The notes under the pieces are model-generated. The model made no database searches, had not been told where the DNA came from, and saw nothing but the letters and a program-made list of their open reading frames with translations. A stretch of 64,000 nt of DNA, taken from positions 21,963 to 85,962 of the IMG/VR virus record IMGVR_UViG_3300020442_002661. The stretch is one strand, 5' to 3'. A program made the translations under genes and the position numbers. Every line of letters starts with the position of its first letter. Position 1 is the stretch's first letter. This document shows, piece after piece, positions 28,654-39,830 of the stretch. The DNA comes from a virus.

Positions 28654-29200
28654 AGACGATTACATTCCACAACATATACAAGATTATTTACATACAGCAG
28701 TATTTGGTACTGAAGAAATAAATGCTATGTTGCCCTTAACTGCAAAAGTAGAGCCCACAGCATATGATGGCGAAAATCCTTTGCCTGTTAGTTTTCAACA
28801 TGTGTTTATGAGTAGTACAAGTCACACAGAATGGTTTGGAAATTTTAGTAAAATACCACAAATAGTATGTAAGAAAATGGAAGTAGAGCTAATAGATATT
28901 ATTGCCGCAAGACTTTTTATAACTGTTCCGCACAAAACTAAATTAGAACATTATGCACCGCACACAGATAGACCAGAACCTCATCTTGGCTTAATTTATT
29001 ATGTAAACGATAGCGACGGAGACACACTTTTCTTTGACGATCCTAGTTTAGAAAACAATTGGAAACCAGAGATTATAGAAAGAGTAAGTCCAAAAAAAGG
29101 ACGTATTGTCTTGTTTGATGGTAGTCATTTACATGCAGGTGGATATCCTACTGATGTGCCTCGCTGTATTGTAAATTACAACATTAGAGCTGAACGTTAA
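28640..29200 (+). CDS. 2OG-Fe(II) oxygenase
   Basis: PHTD, IYYVNDSDGDT, PKKGRIVLFDG..H, distal Arg. Confidence 0.8.
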   Translation: MIIVRDDYIPQHIQDYLHTAVFGTEEINAMLPLTAKVEPTAYDGENPLPVSFQHVFMSSTSHTEWFGNFSKIPQIVCKKMEVELIDIIAARLFITVPHKTKLEHYAPHTDRPEPHLGLIYYVNDSDGDTLFFDDPSLENNWKPEIIERVSPKKGRIVLFDGSHLHAGGYPTDVPRCIVNYNIRAER

Positions 29201-32200
29201 GCCTGTGCTTCACCCCATCTTAGAATTAAATTAGCATTTACATCTGAACCTGCTGTTTTATAAACATTAATTGCAAGAACGTCAGGTCCATTCGGGAATG
29301 TTCCTCTACCACCTAGTGTAGTATTAGTTAATTCTTTCAATTCACCAAGATCGATAGCGGCACGTTCTCCTGGTTGTGCAATAAATGATAGCACAGTTTC
29401 ACCTGGTTGTCCGTATGCTGGTGCACTAAATTCTAGTGTAATTGTTCCACTTCCTTGTGTAAGTGTACCTTGGCTGGCATTGTTAAAGTCAACTTCATAA
29501 TATTCGGTTCCTGCAAAGTCAACTAATTTAACATTGTTAATAATTGTGTTTGCAGGCCAACTTGGACTTGCACTTGTACTAGATACTGGTGTGCCGTTAG
29601 TTGCTCCGCTTGCTTCCCAACTTGACTTTGTTATAAATGCATAAGGTACGTTAGAGATATCAGCATGTGATTGAATTGTAAACGCATTTGCTGTATTTGC
29701 ATTAATATTACCTGTTAAGGATTGTGAAAAGAAGAAATATCCATAGTTACTACTTGGCGAAATATATCCGCCTGTAATTGTTGTACCCGCTGGCAATCTG
29801 TTACTTACAACAACTTTACCTAGCACAGGATCAATATTATCAGTGCCAAATGTAGATCTATAATCAGTTCCGCTTACATATGCAAAACTGTTACCATTCC
29901 TTGATCTACTTTGACCACTGTCTAGTATTGCATTTACAGTTGCTTGAGCAGTTAAGTTTGTAGTTGTTGTTGTAGCACCTGTAGACCACTGAATACCTGA
30001 ACCCGAAGCTACTTGGGCAAAGCTAGGTTGTCCACCTTGAGCAAGTGTGCTTAGACCTGTCCATGTTATCAATCCAGGGTTAACTGGATAGTTTTGAGGG
30101 TTAAGAATTCCTTCTACAACAATAGCACCTGTAGCGTTTGCTTCTGATGTAACTTCTAATCCTTGAAGTAATAATTGCGCTCTATTTAGAAGCTCTCTAT
30201 CACCTAAATCTCCCGGTATAGCATTAGAAACACTAGGTGCAAGTCTAATCATAAATGCAGTTTGTCTTGCATTTGTAACTGTTACACCTTGTTCAGTGTA
30301 ACTAAAGATATAACCTCTATCTTCATCGAACCCACCATCTGTTAAGAATGCTGATCCCCAATGTGATATAAGTGGTGTTGTAGTTTGACTTACAAGCACA
30401 ACACCTGTTCTTGCAGTATGGCTAGTAGCCCCTCCAGCTGTGTATGTTCTTGAAGCACCTGCTTGGAAGTTTGTTAAATTAGCACTTCTTGTACAGCCTG
30501 TAAGTTCATTAGTTGTACTATTTGTTGATGTATAACTAATAAGCTCGTTGTCTATATATACTGTACCTGCTGTTGGTAAGAAACTTACGCTTTCTACTGG
30601 AATAGTTGTTACAGCATCATCAATATCTGATTGTAATTTTGTATTTTGTCCTTCGTTAGTGACTTCGTAACGCACAGGCAAGTTTCCTGAACGCATAAAT
30701 GCTTCAGTGTTTACGTTTGAATTTCTAATTCTGTGTGCATATACAAATTCACCATTTGCTCCACGTACCATGTAGTCAATAAAACCAGCACCATACCATG
30801 AATACTCAATTCCAATCATCTGCATTTTGCTGTAAACAAAGTTATAACCACTTGGTCCAGTTCCGTCTAAACCATCTCTATTAAATTCACTTTGCTTAAC
30901 TTTTGTGTCGCTTATCAAACATACTTTTGTACCAGATGCAGTGTTAACACCTCTATAGTCTGGAGTAACAGTCATTGTTGTTTGGTCAGCAATATTTGTT
31001 ACAACGTGTGTCATTCCGCGGATAACAATTCTATCTCCTGCTTTTAATTGATCTCTGAACCTTGTGTTTACACCTGTTATACTATTACTGTCCGGATTAG
31101 CAGTTACCGTTCCTGCAATCTGTTTAGTTGCTGTTCTTAGACAAGCATATAAGTTGGTACCATCATATTCCCAATAGATACCATTTTGATCATCAAACAC
31201 TCCTGAACGAACAGTTGCACCATGCCATTTAAAGGTACTCATCTGTGCACCAAAACTTAATGTACCTGTAGTGCCACCTAATCTTTGATTTGATGTTACT
31301 TCAAAAGTTCTTTCGTCTGTAATGTCACTTACAGTGTATGTACCATCATATCCTTCAGTTTCAACACCGATAATTTGTATCTGTGCACCAATCTGTAGTC
31401 CATGATCATTATCATCTGTTGTAACAGTGATAGTTGAACCAATTTCAATACCGTCTGATGATATGCTACGTAAATCATAACTCGGTGCAAATAGTGCACC
31501 TGTTGTATACATAATACCTTTACCTGATTGATATCTAATATATTTTTTACTTTGACGTATTGCCTGTGCACCATGTTGTGGTCCGCCTGTACCTAATTGA
31601 ACACCACCGTCAAATGGTCTATGTATAAAGAACGAATCAGGTCTTGGATAAACAGTTCCTAGAATTGTATCAGTAGTTGTATCAATAGCACCTGCGGCTC
31701 TGGCTGTGAACGTTAATTGATTTAATTGTGGTACTGATGTAACTAAGAATGATCCTGCCGCTAATTTATGGTTATTTGTACCACCATCTTCTGTATCATC
31801 TGAATCAATACCTGTTATAAATGTATCACCAGGAACCAGTCCATGATTATTAGTAAATGTAATTAATAAAGTTGCTAATGCACTGAAACTAATATCTAGT
31901 GTAGTTGCAAGTTCTCCAGTTGATACTGCATCCATTGTAAATGTACTGTATAAATCTAAACTATCACCTGCATAAGCATCACCTTCGTGTGAAATAGTAA
32001 TAATGCCACCCATTGAATCTACACTATCTACAGTGATTGTCATGTCATTAGTTACTGTTGTACCGCCTAAGAATCCGCCATCAATTTTAATTTTATTTCC
32101 TGCCGCATAATCTTGGCCTGGAGAATTTAAAGATACTGTATATGTACCAACAGTTGAATCAGCTGTTGTTCCATCTCTTAGAATGTTAAAGTTACCACCA

Positions 32201-35200
32201 TTACCTGTTGCACCTGCGGCGTTTGCTACAACTGCTGAGAAACTTCCAACATCTGTTGATGCAGTACCACTTGATGACACACCTGTAATTGCACCACTAG
32301 CATCTACACCACTTATTGTGATTGTTAAATCATTTGTCGGAGTAGCACCTGCTAGACTTGTACCTAAAACTGTAAATGTTTGATCTACAAAGTAATCGTT
32401 ACCACCTGTTAATACAGAGGCTGTATATGAACCGCTACCTGCAACAATATTGAAACTTGCACCATTACCAGCTAAGTTTGTAGATGCTTTATCATTTGCA
32501 GTACCTGAGTTTACTGCTGTACCTGCCGTGCTAAACGTAAGAATTTGTCCCGTGCCATCAACTGTCAATACTGTAATTGTACAGTTGTTTGTAGGAGTTG
32601 CACCGCCTAAGTTTTCACCATTAAAAGTAAGTGTGTCGTTTTGAGCGTAGTTTGCACCTCCACTAGCCATGTTTGCTGTGTAAGTTGTACCAGTTCTGTT
32701 AATATCAAATTGTGCATTTGTACCACTTCCGCTGGTACCATCTTGCGATAAACCTGTGTAATCTACGTTTGCATTTGGAGCAGTACCAGTTATACTTGTT
32801 CCTGTAATTCCTCCATCTACATCAACGCCTGTAACTTCAATTGTTAAATCATTAGTTGTATCTGCGCCGCCTGGAAATTCACTACCATTAATTCTTAATC
32901 TATCTGCAACTGTAAATCCGCTTGTCGCTTTTTGTGCAGTTCCTGAAACACTTACAGTAGCAACTCCACCTGCACTTAATGTACTATCGTTGTTAACATC
33001 TGTAATTGTCATTGTCAAATCATTAGCAGGACTTTGACCACCTATTAAGTCTCCAGCAATTTCTAGTGTTTGATCAACACCATAATTATCACCAGCTTGG
33101 TTAACTGTGACCAAATAATTTCCTGTCAATCCATTGACTTCAATATCAAATCTTGCACCGCTACCAATTAAGTTATTTTGATTGTTTACATTGTTTACTG
33201 AAAAACTGTTTACTGCTGTACCTGACACTGTGTAAGTTAAAATTTCGCCACCTGTGTCAACAGTGTTAATTGTAATTGTTACATCGTTTGTGCTGTTTGC
33301 ACCACCTACTTGTGTTCCCAAGATTGTAATTGTATCATTTACTTGGAATCCTGTACCAGTTTGACTAAATGTTGCAGTATAAGTTGTACCGTTTGTGTTA
33401 ATATTAATTTGGGCACCAATACCACTATTGTTAGTTGAATAAGATACTGCTGTGTATGTATTTGTTGCATCAGGTGCTACACCTGTAACCCCGTATGTTA
33501 AAGGAACACCATTACTATCAACAGTATTAATTGTAATTTGGGCGTTGTTGTCTGGAGTAATACCTTGTAAGTCACCACCTACAACTTCAATAATATCGTT
33601 AGGAGCATAGCCTGTTACACCGTTAGTTTGTGGATCAATAGTTACACTATAACTTCCGTTTGTGGCTACAAAGTTCCAAATAGCACCTGTACCTTGACCA
33701 ACTGTCTGTGTAGCTTGTTGATTAGGATATGTAGGATTGCTTGCAGTAATACTGAATACATTATTAGTAAATGATACGTCCCATATACCGCCACTACCAT
33801 TACCGTGATTGTATGTTCCTGTTTCTGTAAATGTACCATTACCAGCATATGCACTACCACTTATTGTTGCTGTTAAAATTTCACCACCAGTATCTACTGT
33901 ATTGACTGTGATTTGTGCATCGTTTGTTCCAGTAATACCACCTAGACTTTCACCTGGGATTTCTAAAATATCATTTACTTCATAATCTTGACCGCCGTTC
34001 GCAATAGCAACTAATGTATAAGTTCCTCCAGCTCTGTCTACATCAAATAATGCGCCAAAACCTAAACTAATTACGTTTTGTCCTTCAATAGCACTATAGT
34101 TAACAAGGTTTCCTGCAAAAGTATCTTCTAGTCCTTGATTAAATGTAATTGTGTTACCAACCACAGTGTTTACAAGCATAGCTTGTCCATCACCTCTATC
34201 TGCGGCTAAGTTTTGTTGTACATCAGTTGTTGATTGAACATCAATTTGTGTGTCGCCTATGTTATAATCGTCTGTTACCACAGGTGTTACAACAACACCG
34301 CCATCGCCAACACGACCAGTTACCTGAGCACCTGTTGAAATACCAGAGCTTGCTGATAAAGGAGCACCAATTTCAGGAGCCGCTCCAACTGTAACAGTGT
34401 AAGGTACTACATCTTCTCCAATAGGCACTGTTAACGCAGGACGCACAGTTCCGCTTGAACCTTGACTTGATACACTAAAAGTTGGTGTACCAATACTTGC
34501 ACCTGTATAAAAACCTGCTTTTCTTAGTTGTGTAGTTGGTGTATCAATTCTTGTACCATCGCTTGTACCAACCTTAGCTTTTGCATAATATTGAAAACTA
34601 ATACCGTTTGGTACATTGATAATAATAAATGCACCTTCACCTCTACTATAACCTGTAACAGCTTGATCAAAACCTTTAATTGTAATAGCATCACCGATTT
34701 CAAATCCGTGTGCACCAGCAGTTGTAACTGTTATTAGAGAACTACCAATATCATTTGTGCCTGCACTTGCATCTGTTGTAATACTAGTTACATCTGTTTC
34801 AGTACCTGGCACTTCGTATACTGAAGGATATCCACGCATAGTGCTAATTGCACTCCATTTAGTAGGCTGAAGTCCGTATTCAAAGTCAGCATCAAGCATT
34901 GATAATGGATTTGCTGTACGCTGTCTTTCAATTGCATCAGTTCCAAATTCGTATGGTCTAACTAATAATTCATCTGTATCTACAAAAATTTGTAAAGGAT
35001 TACTAGAATGAGATGTTTCTGTATTTGTGTTAAAGTATATCTTTGTAATTGCATCTGTGACTTGTTTGTATTGTGGGAAATCTGTATCTTCGTCATAAAC
35101 AACACCATTGGTAGATGTTAATGCTGTGTTTTCTACCTTACCGCCAGTGTTAGTATCGTTGAAAGAATATACTACTCTATTTTCTACAGTATCTGTAATA

Positions 35201-36624
35201 AGCAAAATATCACTTGAATCATAATTGCCCATAAACTTAACATAGCCTGCACCAGTATCTTCAAATGCAGGTCTTGCACTTAATCCTGATGTAATAGTAT
35301 CTACAACAATTCCTACTAATGTATCTATCCTTGCATCTGCATCTGTCTCTGCATCGCTACCTGTGATTGTTTGTGTTGTTGCAGTTTGTTCTGCTGGATA
35401 AGTTGTTTTGTCAAAAATATAAGATTTAATAATTGTTTTTATATGACTGTGTGTATCAGTTTCAGGGTATCTTGTACCGTCAACTTGTGCTACATCACCT
35501 TCCCAATATTTTCCTGCATAATCCCAAGTTTTACTATTACCACCATATTGTAAATCATTAAGATATGCACTTAAAACAAAGTTCACATCTCTTTCACATT
35601 TTTCTTGATTGTAAGTATAGTTTAAGAATGCGTTTACATTTCCTTGATTAGCTTCTGTATCTGCCACATATGCCAAAATATCTGTCAATGCACTTTGATC
35701 TGCAACATCTTGGCTTGTTACATCAGGTGCAATATCTGCGGGCAAACTATTTGTTGATCCGTTAGCAATTACTGTTTGTACATTTAATGTCAATACTTCA
35801 GCATCCGCTCCGATGCTTGCTACAGGACTTGTTCCTGAAGTGTCTTGCGATGCAGTATTTCCAGTTTGTGGTGAGACTGTTGTACCTATTAAGACTTTCT
35901 CAACAACATCACCTAAATGTGTAAAGCCGTTACCTAATAAAGTTCTATTTGTAGAAAGTGTATTTACAAAAATTTCTGTAGCAATAGCATTTGTTAAATG
36001 GTTAGTGTTATAAAATATGTCATGAGTCAGAACATTTATAAACATTTTAATATCTGATTCAAAATCTGTTGCTGAAGTTATTGTGTTTGCAGGATCTGCT
36101 TCATTTATAAAATATTTTATTTCTTGGAATAAAAAGTCTTTGTTGTTAATAAGTCTTGATTTTGCATTAGATCTATCTAAATCTACACTACCAGGGTCTG
36201 TGTATACTAAAGTAGGAATTGGATCGCCGTTTGATATGTTATTAACTTCTGTTACACCTGCAACAAAATCAGTTTCGCTGTCTCCTGTGACATTGGTTTT
36301 TGTTATAACTACATCTTTTGCTCTAATAAGTGTTCTTTGACGTGTGCCTTTAGTTGTAGCTCTTTCTTTAGATTCTACATATCCTCTAAATACTTGTCCT
36401 ACATTCGTTGACATAACCATATCGTAACCTATGTCACGGATAGTTTCTTCTAATTGAATCTGATAGGCAGATGCACCAGATACACGTGATTGTATAAATT
36501 GAGCAACTTCGTCAATTAACCAAATTTTATTATTTTTAAGTAATGAATGAGCATTAGGAAATTTATTTTCTGTGTAACCTATGCCCGGTTTAAACTTATA
36601 CTGATTAATTTTTCTTTTTGCCAT
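29197..36624 (-). CDS. Giant virion structural/fibre protein (2475 aa) with beta-rich repeats
   Basis: T/G/S/N-rich; KCERD motif; RYQSGKG and YSWYGAG lectin-like segment; ~75-aa repeats. Confidence 0.75.
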   Translation of the reverse strand: MAKRKINQYKFKPGIGYTENKFPNAHSLLKNNKIWLIDEVAQFIQSRVSGASAYQIQLEETIRDIGYDMVMSTNVGQVFRGYVESKERATTKGTRQRTLIRAKDVVITKTNVTGDSETDFVAGVTEVNNISNGDPIPTLVYTDPGSVDLDRSNAKSRLINNKDFLFQEIKYFINEADPANTITSATDFESDIKMFINVLTHDIFYNTNHLTNAIATEIFVNTLSTNRTLLGNGFTHLGDVVEKVLIGTTVSPQTGNTASQDTSGTSPVASIGADAEVLTLNVQTVIANGSTNSLPADIAPDVTSQDVADQSALTDILAYVADTEANQGNVNAFLNYTYNQEKCERDVNFVLSAYLNDLQYGGNSKTWDYAGKYWEGDVAQVDGTRYPETDTHSHIKTIIKSYIFDKTTYPAEQTATTQTITGSDAETDADARIDTLVGIVVDTITSGLSARPAFEDTGAGYVKFMGNYDSSDILLITDTVENRVVYSFNDTNTGGKVENTALTSTNGVVYDEDTDFPQYKQVTDAITKIYFNTNTETSHSSNPLQIFVDTDELLVRPYEFGTDAIERQRTANPLSMLDADFEYGLQPTKWSAISTMRGYPSVYEVPGTETDVTSITTDASAGTNDIGSSLITVTTAGAHGFEIGDAITIKGFDQAVTGYSRGEGAFIIINVPNGISFQYYAKAKVGTSDGTRIDTPTTQLRKAGFYTGASIGTPTFSVSSQGSSGTVRPALTVPIGEDVVPYTVTVGAAPEIGAPLSASSGISTGAQVTGRVGDGGVVVTPVVTDDYNIGDTQIDVQSTTDVQQNLAADRGDGQAMLVNTVVGNTITFNQGLEDTFAGNLVNYSAIEGQNVISLGFGALFDVDRAGGTYTLVAIANGGQDYEVNDILEIPGESLGGITGTNDAQITVNTVDTGGEILTATISGSAYAGNGTFTETGTYNHGNGSGGIWDVSFTNNVFSITASNPTYPNQQATQTVGQGTGAIWNFVATNGSYSVTIDPQTNGVTGYAPNDIIEVVGGDLQGITPDNNAQITINTVDSNGVPLTYGVTGVAPDATNTYTAVSYSTNNSGIGAQININTNGTTYTATFSQTGTGFQVNDTITILGTQVGGANSTNDVTITINTVDTGGEILTYTVSGTAVNSFSVNNVNNQNNLIGSGARFDIEVNGLTGNYLVTVNQAGDNYGVDQTLEIAGDLIGGQSPANDLTMTITDVNNDSTLSAGGVATVSVSGTAQKATSGFTVADRLRINGSEFPGGADTTNDLTIEVTGVDVDGGITGTSITGTAPNANVDYTGLSQDGTSGSGTNAQFDINRTGTTYTANMASGGANYAQNDTLTFNGENLGGATPTNNCTITVLTVDGTGQILTFSTAGTAVNSGTANDKASTNLAGNGASFNIVAGSGSYTASVLTGGNDYFVDQTFTVLGTSLAGATPTNDLTITISGVDASGAITGVSSSGTASTDVGSFSAVVANAAGATGNGGNFNILRDGTTADSTVGTYTVSLNSPGQDYAAGNKIKIDGGFLGGTTVTNDMTITVDSVDSMGGIITISHEGDAYAGDSLDLYSTFTMDAVSTGELATTLDISFSALATLLITFTNNHGLVPGDTFITGIDSDDTEDGGTNNHKLAAGSFLVTSVPQLNQLTFTARAAGAIDTTTDTILGTVYPRPDSFFIHRPFDGGVQLGTGGPQHGAQAIRQSKKYIRYQSGKGIMYTTGALFAPSYDLRSISSDGIEIGSTITVTTDDNDHGLQIGAQIQIIGVETEGYDGTYTVSDITDERTFEVTSNQRLGGTTGTLSFGAQMSTFKWHGATVRSGVFDDQNGIYWEYDGTNLYACLRTATKQIAGTVTANPDSNSITGVNTRFRDQLKAGDRIVIRGMTHVVTNIADQTTMTVTPDYRGVNTASGTKVCLISDTKVKQSEFNRDGLDGTGPSGYNFVYSKMQMIGIEYSWYGAGFIDYMVRGANGEFVYAHRIRNSNVNTEAFMRSGNLPVRYEVTNEGQNTKLQSDIDDAVTTIPVESVSFLPTAGTVYIDNELISYTSTNSTTNELTGCTRSANLTNFQAGASRTYTAGGATSHTARTGVVLVSQTTTPLISHWGSAFLTDGGFDEDRGYIFSYTEQGVTVTNARQTAFMIRLAPSVSNAIPGDLGDRELLNRAQLLLQGLEVTSEANATGAIVVEGILNPQNYPVNPGLITWTGLSTLAQGGQPSFAQVASGSGIQWSTGATTTTTNLTAQATVNAILDSGQSRSRNGNSFAYVSGTDYRSTFGTDNIDPVLGKVVVSNRLPAGTTITGGYISPSSNYGYFFFSQSLTGNINANTANAFTIQSHADISNVPYAFITKSSWEASGATNGTPVSSTSASPSWPANTIINNVKLVDFAGTEYYEVDFNNASQGTLTQGSGTITLEFSAPAYGQPGETVLSFIAQPGERAAIDLGELKELTNTTLGGRGTFPNGPDVLAINVYKTAGSDVNANLILRWGEAQA
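31980..34070 (-). repeat. About 8 copies of a ~75-aa repeat (GxGAxFxI..Y..GG.Y...D.I.I.G..LGG.T..ND.TITV..VD..G.I)
   Basis: Visible in translation: seven intact copies and one split copy. Boundaries approximate. Confidence 0.75.
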
Positions 36625-36626
36625 TA

Positions 36627-37550
36627 CTAAATTCCTAGTGCTACTGCTAATGCTGTCGCAGTATTATCTGTATATACTTTGTTACTTATCTGATTTTTTG
36701 TAGTTGGTTGTGCTAACACGGATGCTTCGCTGAATGTTGCTGTGCTAGGTTCTGTCCCGCCAATTATAGTATTATCAATAGTTGTATCAATTACTCTTAA
36801 TGTGCTACCATCTAAGCCAATAGTGCCTTTTGTAATTGAATCAATCTTAAATTCTATAGCGTTGCCAGCTGATAACACAATATTTGTACCTGCATTCATT
36901 TCAGCAACACCTAATCCATCAATATTTAAACTGTTTGCAGTAAGTGTACCTTCAACTTCAAAAGTTCCTGTAACTGTACCGTTACCATTAAGTGTCAATT
37001 CAGTTGCTGTAAGAGCTTGTACAGTTGATGCTCCTGTCACTGTCAAATCAGAAGCAGTAATATTAACTGCAATAGGGTCTTCTACATTAATTGTACCTTT
37101 TGGATCATAATCTGCATCACCATAATATAGTAAGTCGGGTGCAGTTCCAGGTACTTCAATAGTAAATGTACCACTTGTTTTAGCTTGAGCCGCCGCTCCT
37201 GTTGATATAGTATCATCGTCTGCTTGGTGTTGGATACCTGTATTATACAGTACATTAGAACCGTCAAAAAGATTAAAACTACCAGCACTAATATCTAACG
37301 AGAAAGAATAAGTTGTACCTCTTCTTAGTGTTAATGTTGGATTATCTCCTGCATCTACAATAACTGTATTACTGGTAATTCTAAAATTACCACCTGTAGT
37401 CGTAACGCTGTAGTCACCTGTTTGGGTTCCGCCACCGCCAGCACCAGCGGCATTGATAGAAGTTGCTGTGATGTTTCCTAGTGCATCAACAGTAAATCCT
37501 GGGCTCTTAAAACCAAACTCTGATTCAAACGGTCTTTGGGTGACTGCCAT
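36627..37550 (-). CDS. Virion structural protein
   Basis: NPTLTLRRGTTYSF..APDLLYY domain; ends in ALAVALGI; late promoter at 37571-37578. Confidence 0.7.
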   Translation of the reverse strand: MAVTQRPFESEFGFKSPGFTVDALGNITATSINAAGAGGGGTQTGDYSVTTTGGNFRITSNTVIVDAGDNPTLTLRRGTTYSFSLDISAGSFNLFDGSNVLYNTGIQHQADDDTISTGAAAQAKTSGTFTIEVPGTAPDLLYYGDADYDPKGTINVEDPIAVNITASDLTVTGASTVQALTATELTLNGNGTVTGTFEVEGTLTANSLNIDGLGVAEMNAGTNIVLSAGNAIEFKIDSITKGTIGLDGSTLRVIDTTIDNTIIGGTEPSTATFSEASVLAQPTTKNQISNKVYTDNTATALAVALGI

Positions 37551-37588
37551 ATAATGTCTCCAATTTTATATATTTATCCGTATGCAAT

Positions 37589-37981
37589 TTAGGTATGACT
37601 TCTAAAATATGATGCTGAAAAGAACGCTTTTGCACCTTTTTCAGAGTCGGTTTTTGGATTTAATATAAGCTCTACATAAGAATTTGTTACTTGTGCAGTA
37701 ACACTTACTAAATCAGTTGTAGTGCTTGCCCTACCATATACAACAACTGTTGCTTCATTTGGAGATGCTGTCAATAAACACTTGATTACTTCCTTTTTAT
37801 CTCGCCCTAATTCAATGTTAATTGTATATTCTGCACTTGCAAAATCGCCCATATGCCATCTGTCTATAGCAAGATTACTATATACTTCTTGCCAACGTCC
37901 TTCATAAGAGAATTGTGCACCATTTGCTAGTGCTACAGTTTTCCTTAAACCTTTTCTAAAATACTTGGATAAATCTATCAT
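37589..37981 (-). CDS. Small virion/fibre-associated protein
   Basis: SAEYTI..E..YG beta domain; late promoter at 38000-38007. Confidence 0.6.
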   Translation of the reverse strand: MIDLSKYFRKGLRKTVALANGAQFSYEGRWQEVYSNLAIDRWHMGDFASAEYTINIELGRDKKEVIKCLLTASPNEATVVVYGRASTTTDLVSVTAQVTNSYVELILNPKTDSEKGAKAFFSASYFRSHT

Positions 37982-38018
37982 TACAAACTCACTTTAATAT
38001 ATTTATCGGAGTTTGTAA
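37981..38018 (-). promoter_or_regulatory. 10-bp hairpin covering the start region, with late promoter in the loop
   Basis: TTACAAACTC-cGATAAATAtattaaagt-GAGTTTGTAA(TG). Confidence 0.7.
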
Positions 38019-38024
38019 AAACAC

Positions 38025-39830
38025 TTAGGTGTTTTTTACAGTGATTAATTTGCCGTATTCAGGTAGATACAAGTACTCAATTTCACTATTTTGCAAGGTC
38101 CAAATAGCATCTTCAAGTTTTTCTACTAGAGGATCACCACCTAAATTAAAACTTGTATTGAATATAATAGGTAATCCTGTCTTTTCTTTGAATACTTTTA
38201 TAAGATCATAGTAATGCGGATTCTGTTCATGTGTTACTGTTTGAATACGACAAGTGCCATCTACATGTATAATACTAGGAATTTTTTCTGCTATTCCTTC
38301 TTGACAGTTGACAGCATACATCATATGCGGACTGTCGTCCATTCCACGTAGATCGAACCATTCATGCACATCTTCTTGTAGTATAGATCCTGCAAATGGA
38401 CGGAAATATTCTCTACGTTTTACTTTGTTAACATAATCTTTGCCATCTTCAAAACTAGGATCAAATAAAATACTTCTATTACCTAATGCTCTTGGACCGT
38501 TCTCGCTTTGGCCTTGGAAAATAGTTACAATATTCTTTTTTGTAAGCAATTCTACAACTTCTTCATGTGTAGAATCTTTCATTTCAACATCATCTGCACT
38601 AGTAAGCTCTTGTAATTGATCTTCAGTGTATGAATATTTTGGTCCTAAATATAATGTTTGTGTTTGACGCTTTTCAGTTTCGTCTTCTAGCCCATACCAA
38701 AACATCATTGCGGCACCCATTGCAGTACCAGCATCATTTGACACAGGCTCTACATACATTTCAATTCCTTTTTCACGTAACGTTTCTAAGTAATAATAGT
38801 TTGCAACACAATTTAATCCATATCCGCCACTCACTACTACTTTTTTCTTGCCTGTCATTTCGACTGCTTTTAGTATAAGATCTAAAACTTTTTCTTGTGT
38901 TTGTGTTTGCACAGCATATGCAATGTCTCTTCTACTTTGCAATAGAGTAACATCTTCTCCTTGGCGTGCAGGTTCTTTTAATTCATCGTATAAACCAGCG
39001 TTTATAAATGCGCCATTTGGATAATTTGGTACAACAATATTTCTATTTGTTAAAGGATACACTGCACCTTCTTCAAATAATTTTGGAAATTTATCATTTG
39101 GTTTACCATATGGAAACAAGCCCATTGTTTTTCCTGCTTCAATACTTGACCAACCGCAGTACATAGTTGCCGCTTCATATGCCTTTACAATTCCTGCTCT
39201 GTCATGTACAACTGCTGAGTGTGTTTTTCCATTTTCACCAAACATACTACTATCCATTTGAATAGCGGCACCTGTTACAGGTTCTCTTGTTCCATAAACT
39301 TTGTGTAGTGTAGAAAAGTTTGCAGGATATTCGCAATCAATAATACTTTCTGTTTCCCATGTCATGACTTGTTCTTCATTGATAGACAAAGGAATAAAAG
39401 TTCCTGCGCCATCAACAATAACACTTACTGCACTATCAAATCCTGAACGATAAAATGCACATGCACTATGAAGTTTGTGGTGCATAAATGCTAAATCTAT
39501 TACTTGTGGATGTTCGTATGTAGTAGAGTTAGACTTTTGATCTATCAATCCTAATTTTCTAGCAAGTCCTGTGTACACATCATCACCACTATAGTCAACT
39601 CTACCAGCAGTATCTCTCAATGATTGAGTATGTGCAACTACAAGATAATCTAACTTATCTGTATACTCTAAAATTTTGACCATACTTGCAAATGGTCCAC
39701 CGTCATATTTTTGTCTGCTTAATCTTTCTTCTTCAATAGAAAATATTACTTCTCCATCTTTAAGCAAGCATACGCCAGCATTGTGTCCTCTTGCAATACC
39801 TGCTATCCAAACTGGTTTTTTATCGCTCAT
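38025..39830 (-). CDS. Carbamoyltransferase (NodU/CmcH/TobZ family)
   Basis: EEERLSRQK, HHKLH, VDGAG, GKTMGL, GGYGLNCVAN, DAGTAMG, GPRALGNRS, FRPFA, HVDGTCRIQTV, NTSFN. Confidence 0.95.
   Translation of the reverse strand: MSDKKPVWIAGIARGHNAGVCLLKDGEVIFSIEEERLSRQKYDGGPFASMVKILEYTDKLDYLVVAHTQSLRDTAGRVDYSGDDVYTGLARKLGLIDQKSNSTTYEHPQVIDLAFMHHKLHSACAFYRSGFDSAVSVIVDGAGTFIPLSINEEQVMTWETESIIDCEYPANFSTLHKVYGTREPVTGAAIQMDSSMFGENGKTHSAVVHDRAGIVKAYEAATMYCGWSSIEAGKTMGLFPYGKPNDKFPKLFEEGAVYPLTNRNIVVPNYPNGAFINAGLYDELKEPARQGEDVTLLQSRRDIAYAVQTQTQEKVLDLILKAVEMTGKKKVVVSGGYGLNCVANYYYLETLREKGIEMYVEPVSNDAGTAMGAAMMFWYGLEDETEKRQTQTLYLGPKYSYTEDQLQELTSADDVEMKDSTHEEVVELLTKKNIVTIFQGQSENGPRALGNRSILFDPSFEDGKDYVNKVKRREYFRPFAGSILQEDVHEWFDLRGMDDSPHMMYAVNCQEGIAEKIPSIIHVDGTCRIQTVTHEQNPHYYDLIKVFKEKTGLPIIFNTSFNLGGDPLVEKLEDAIWTLQNSEIEYLYLPEYGKLITVKNT

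Noticed and set aside
38025-39830. Carbamoyltransferase as a 5-hydroxymethylcytosine DNA-modifying enzyme
   Set aside because: That activity is known for some phage homologs, but no dCMP hydroxymethylase or thymidylate-synthase-like gene is nearby and the context is GT plus fibre genes. Not excluded without the full genome.
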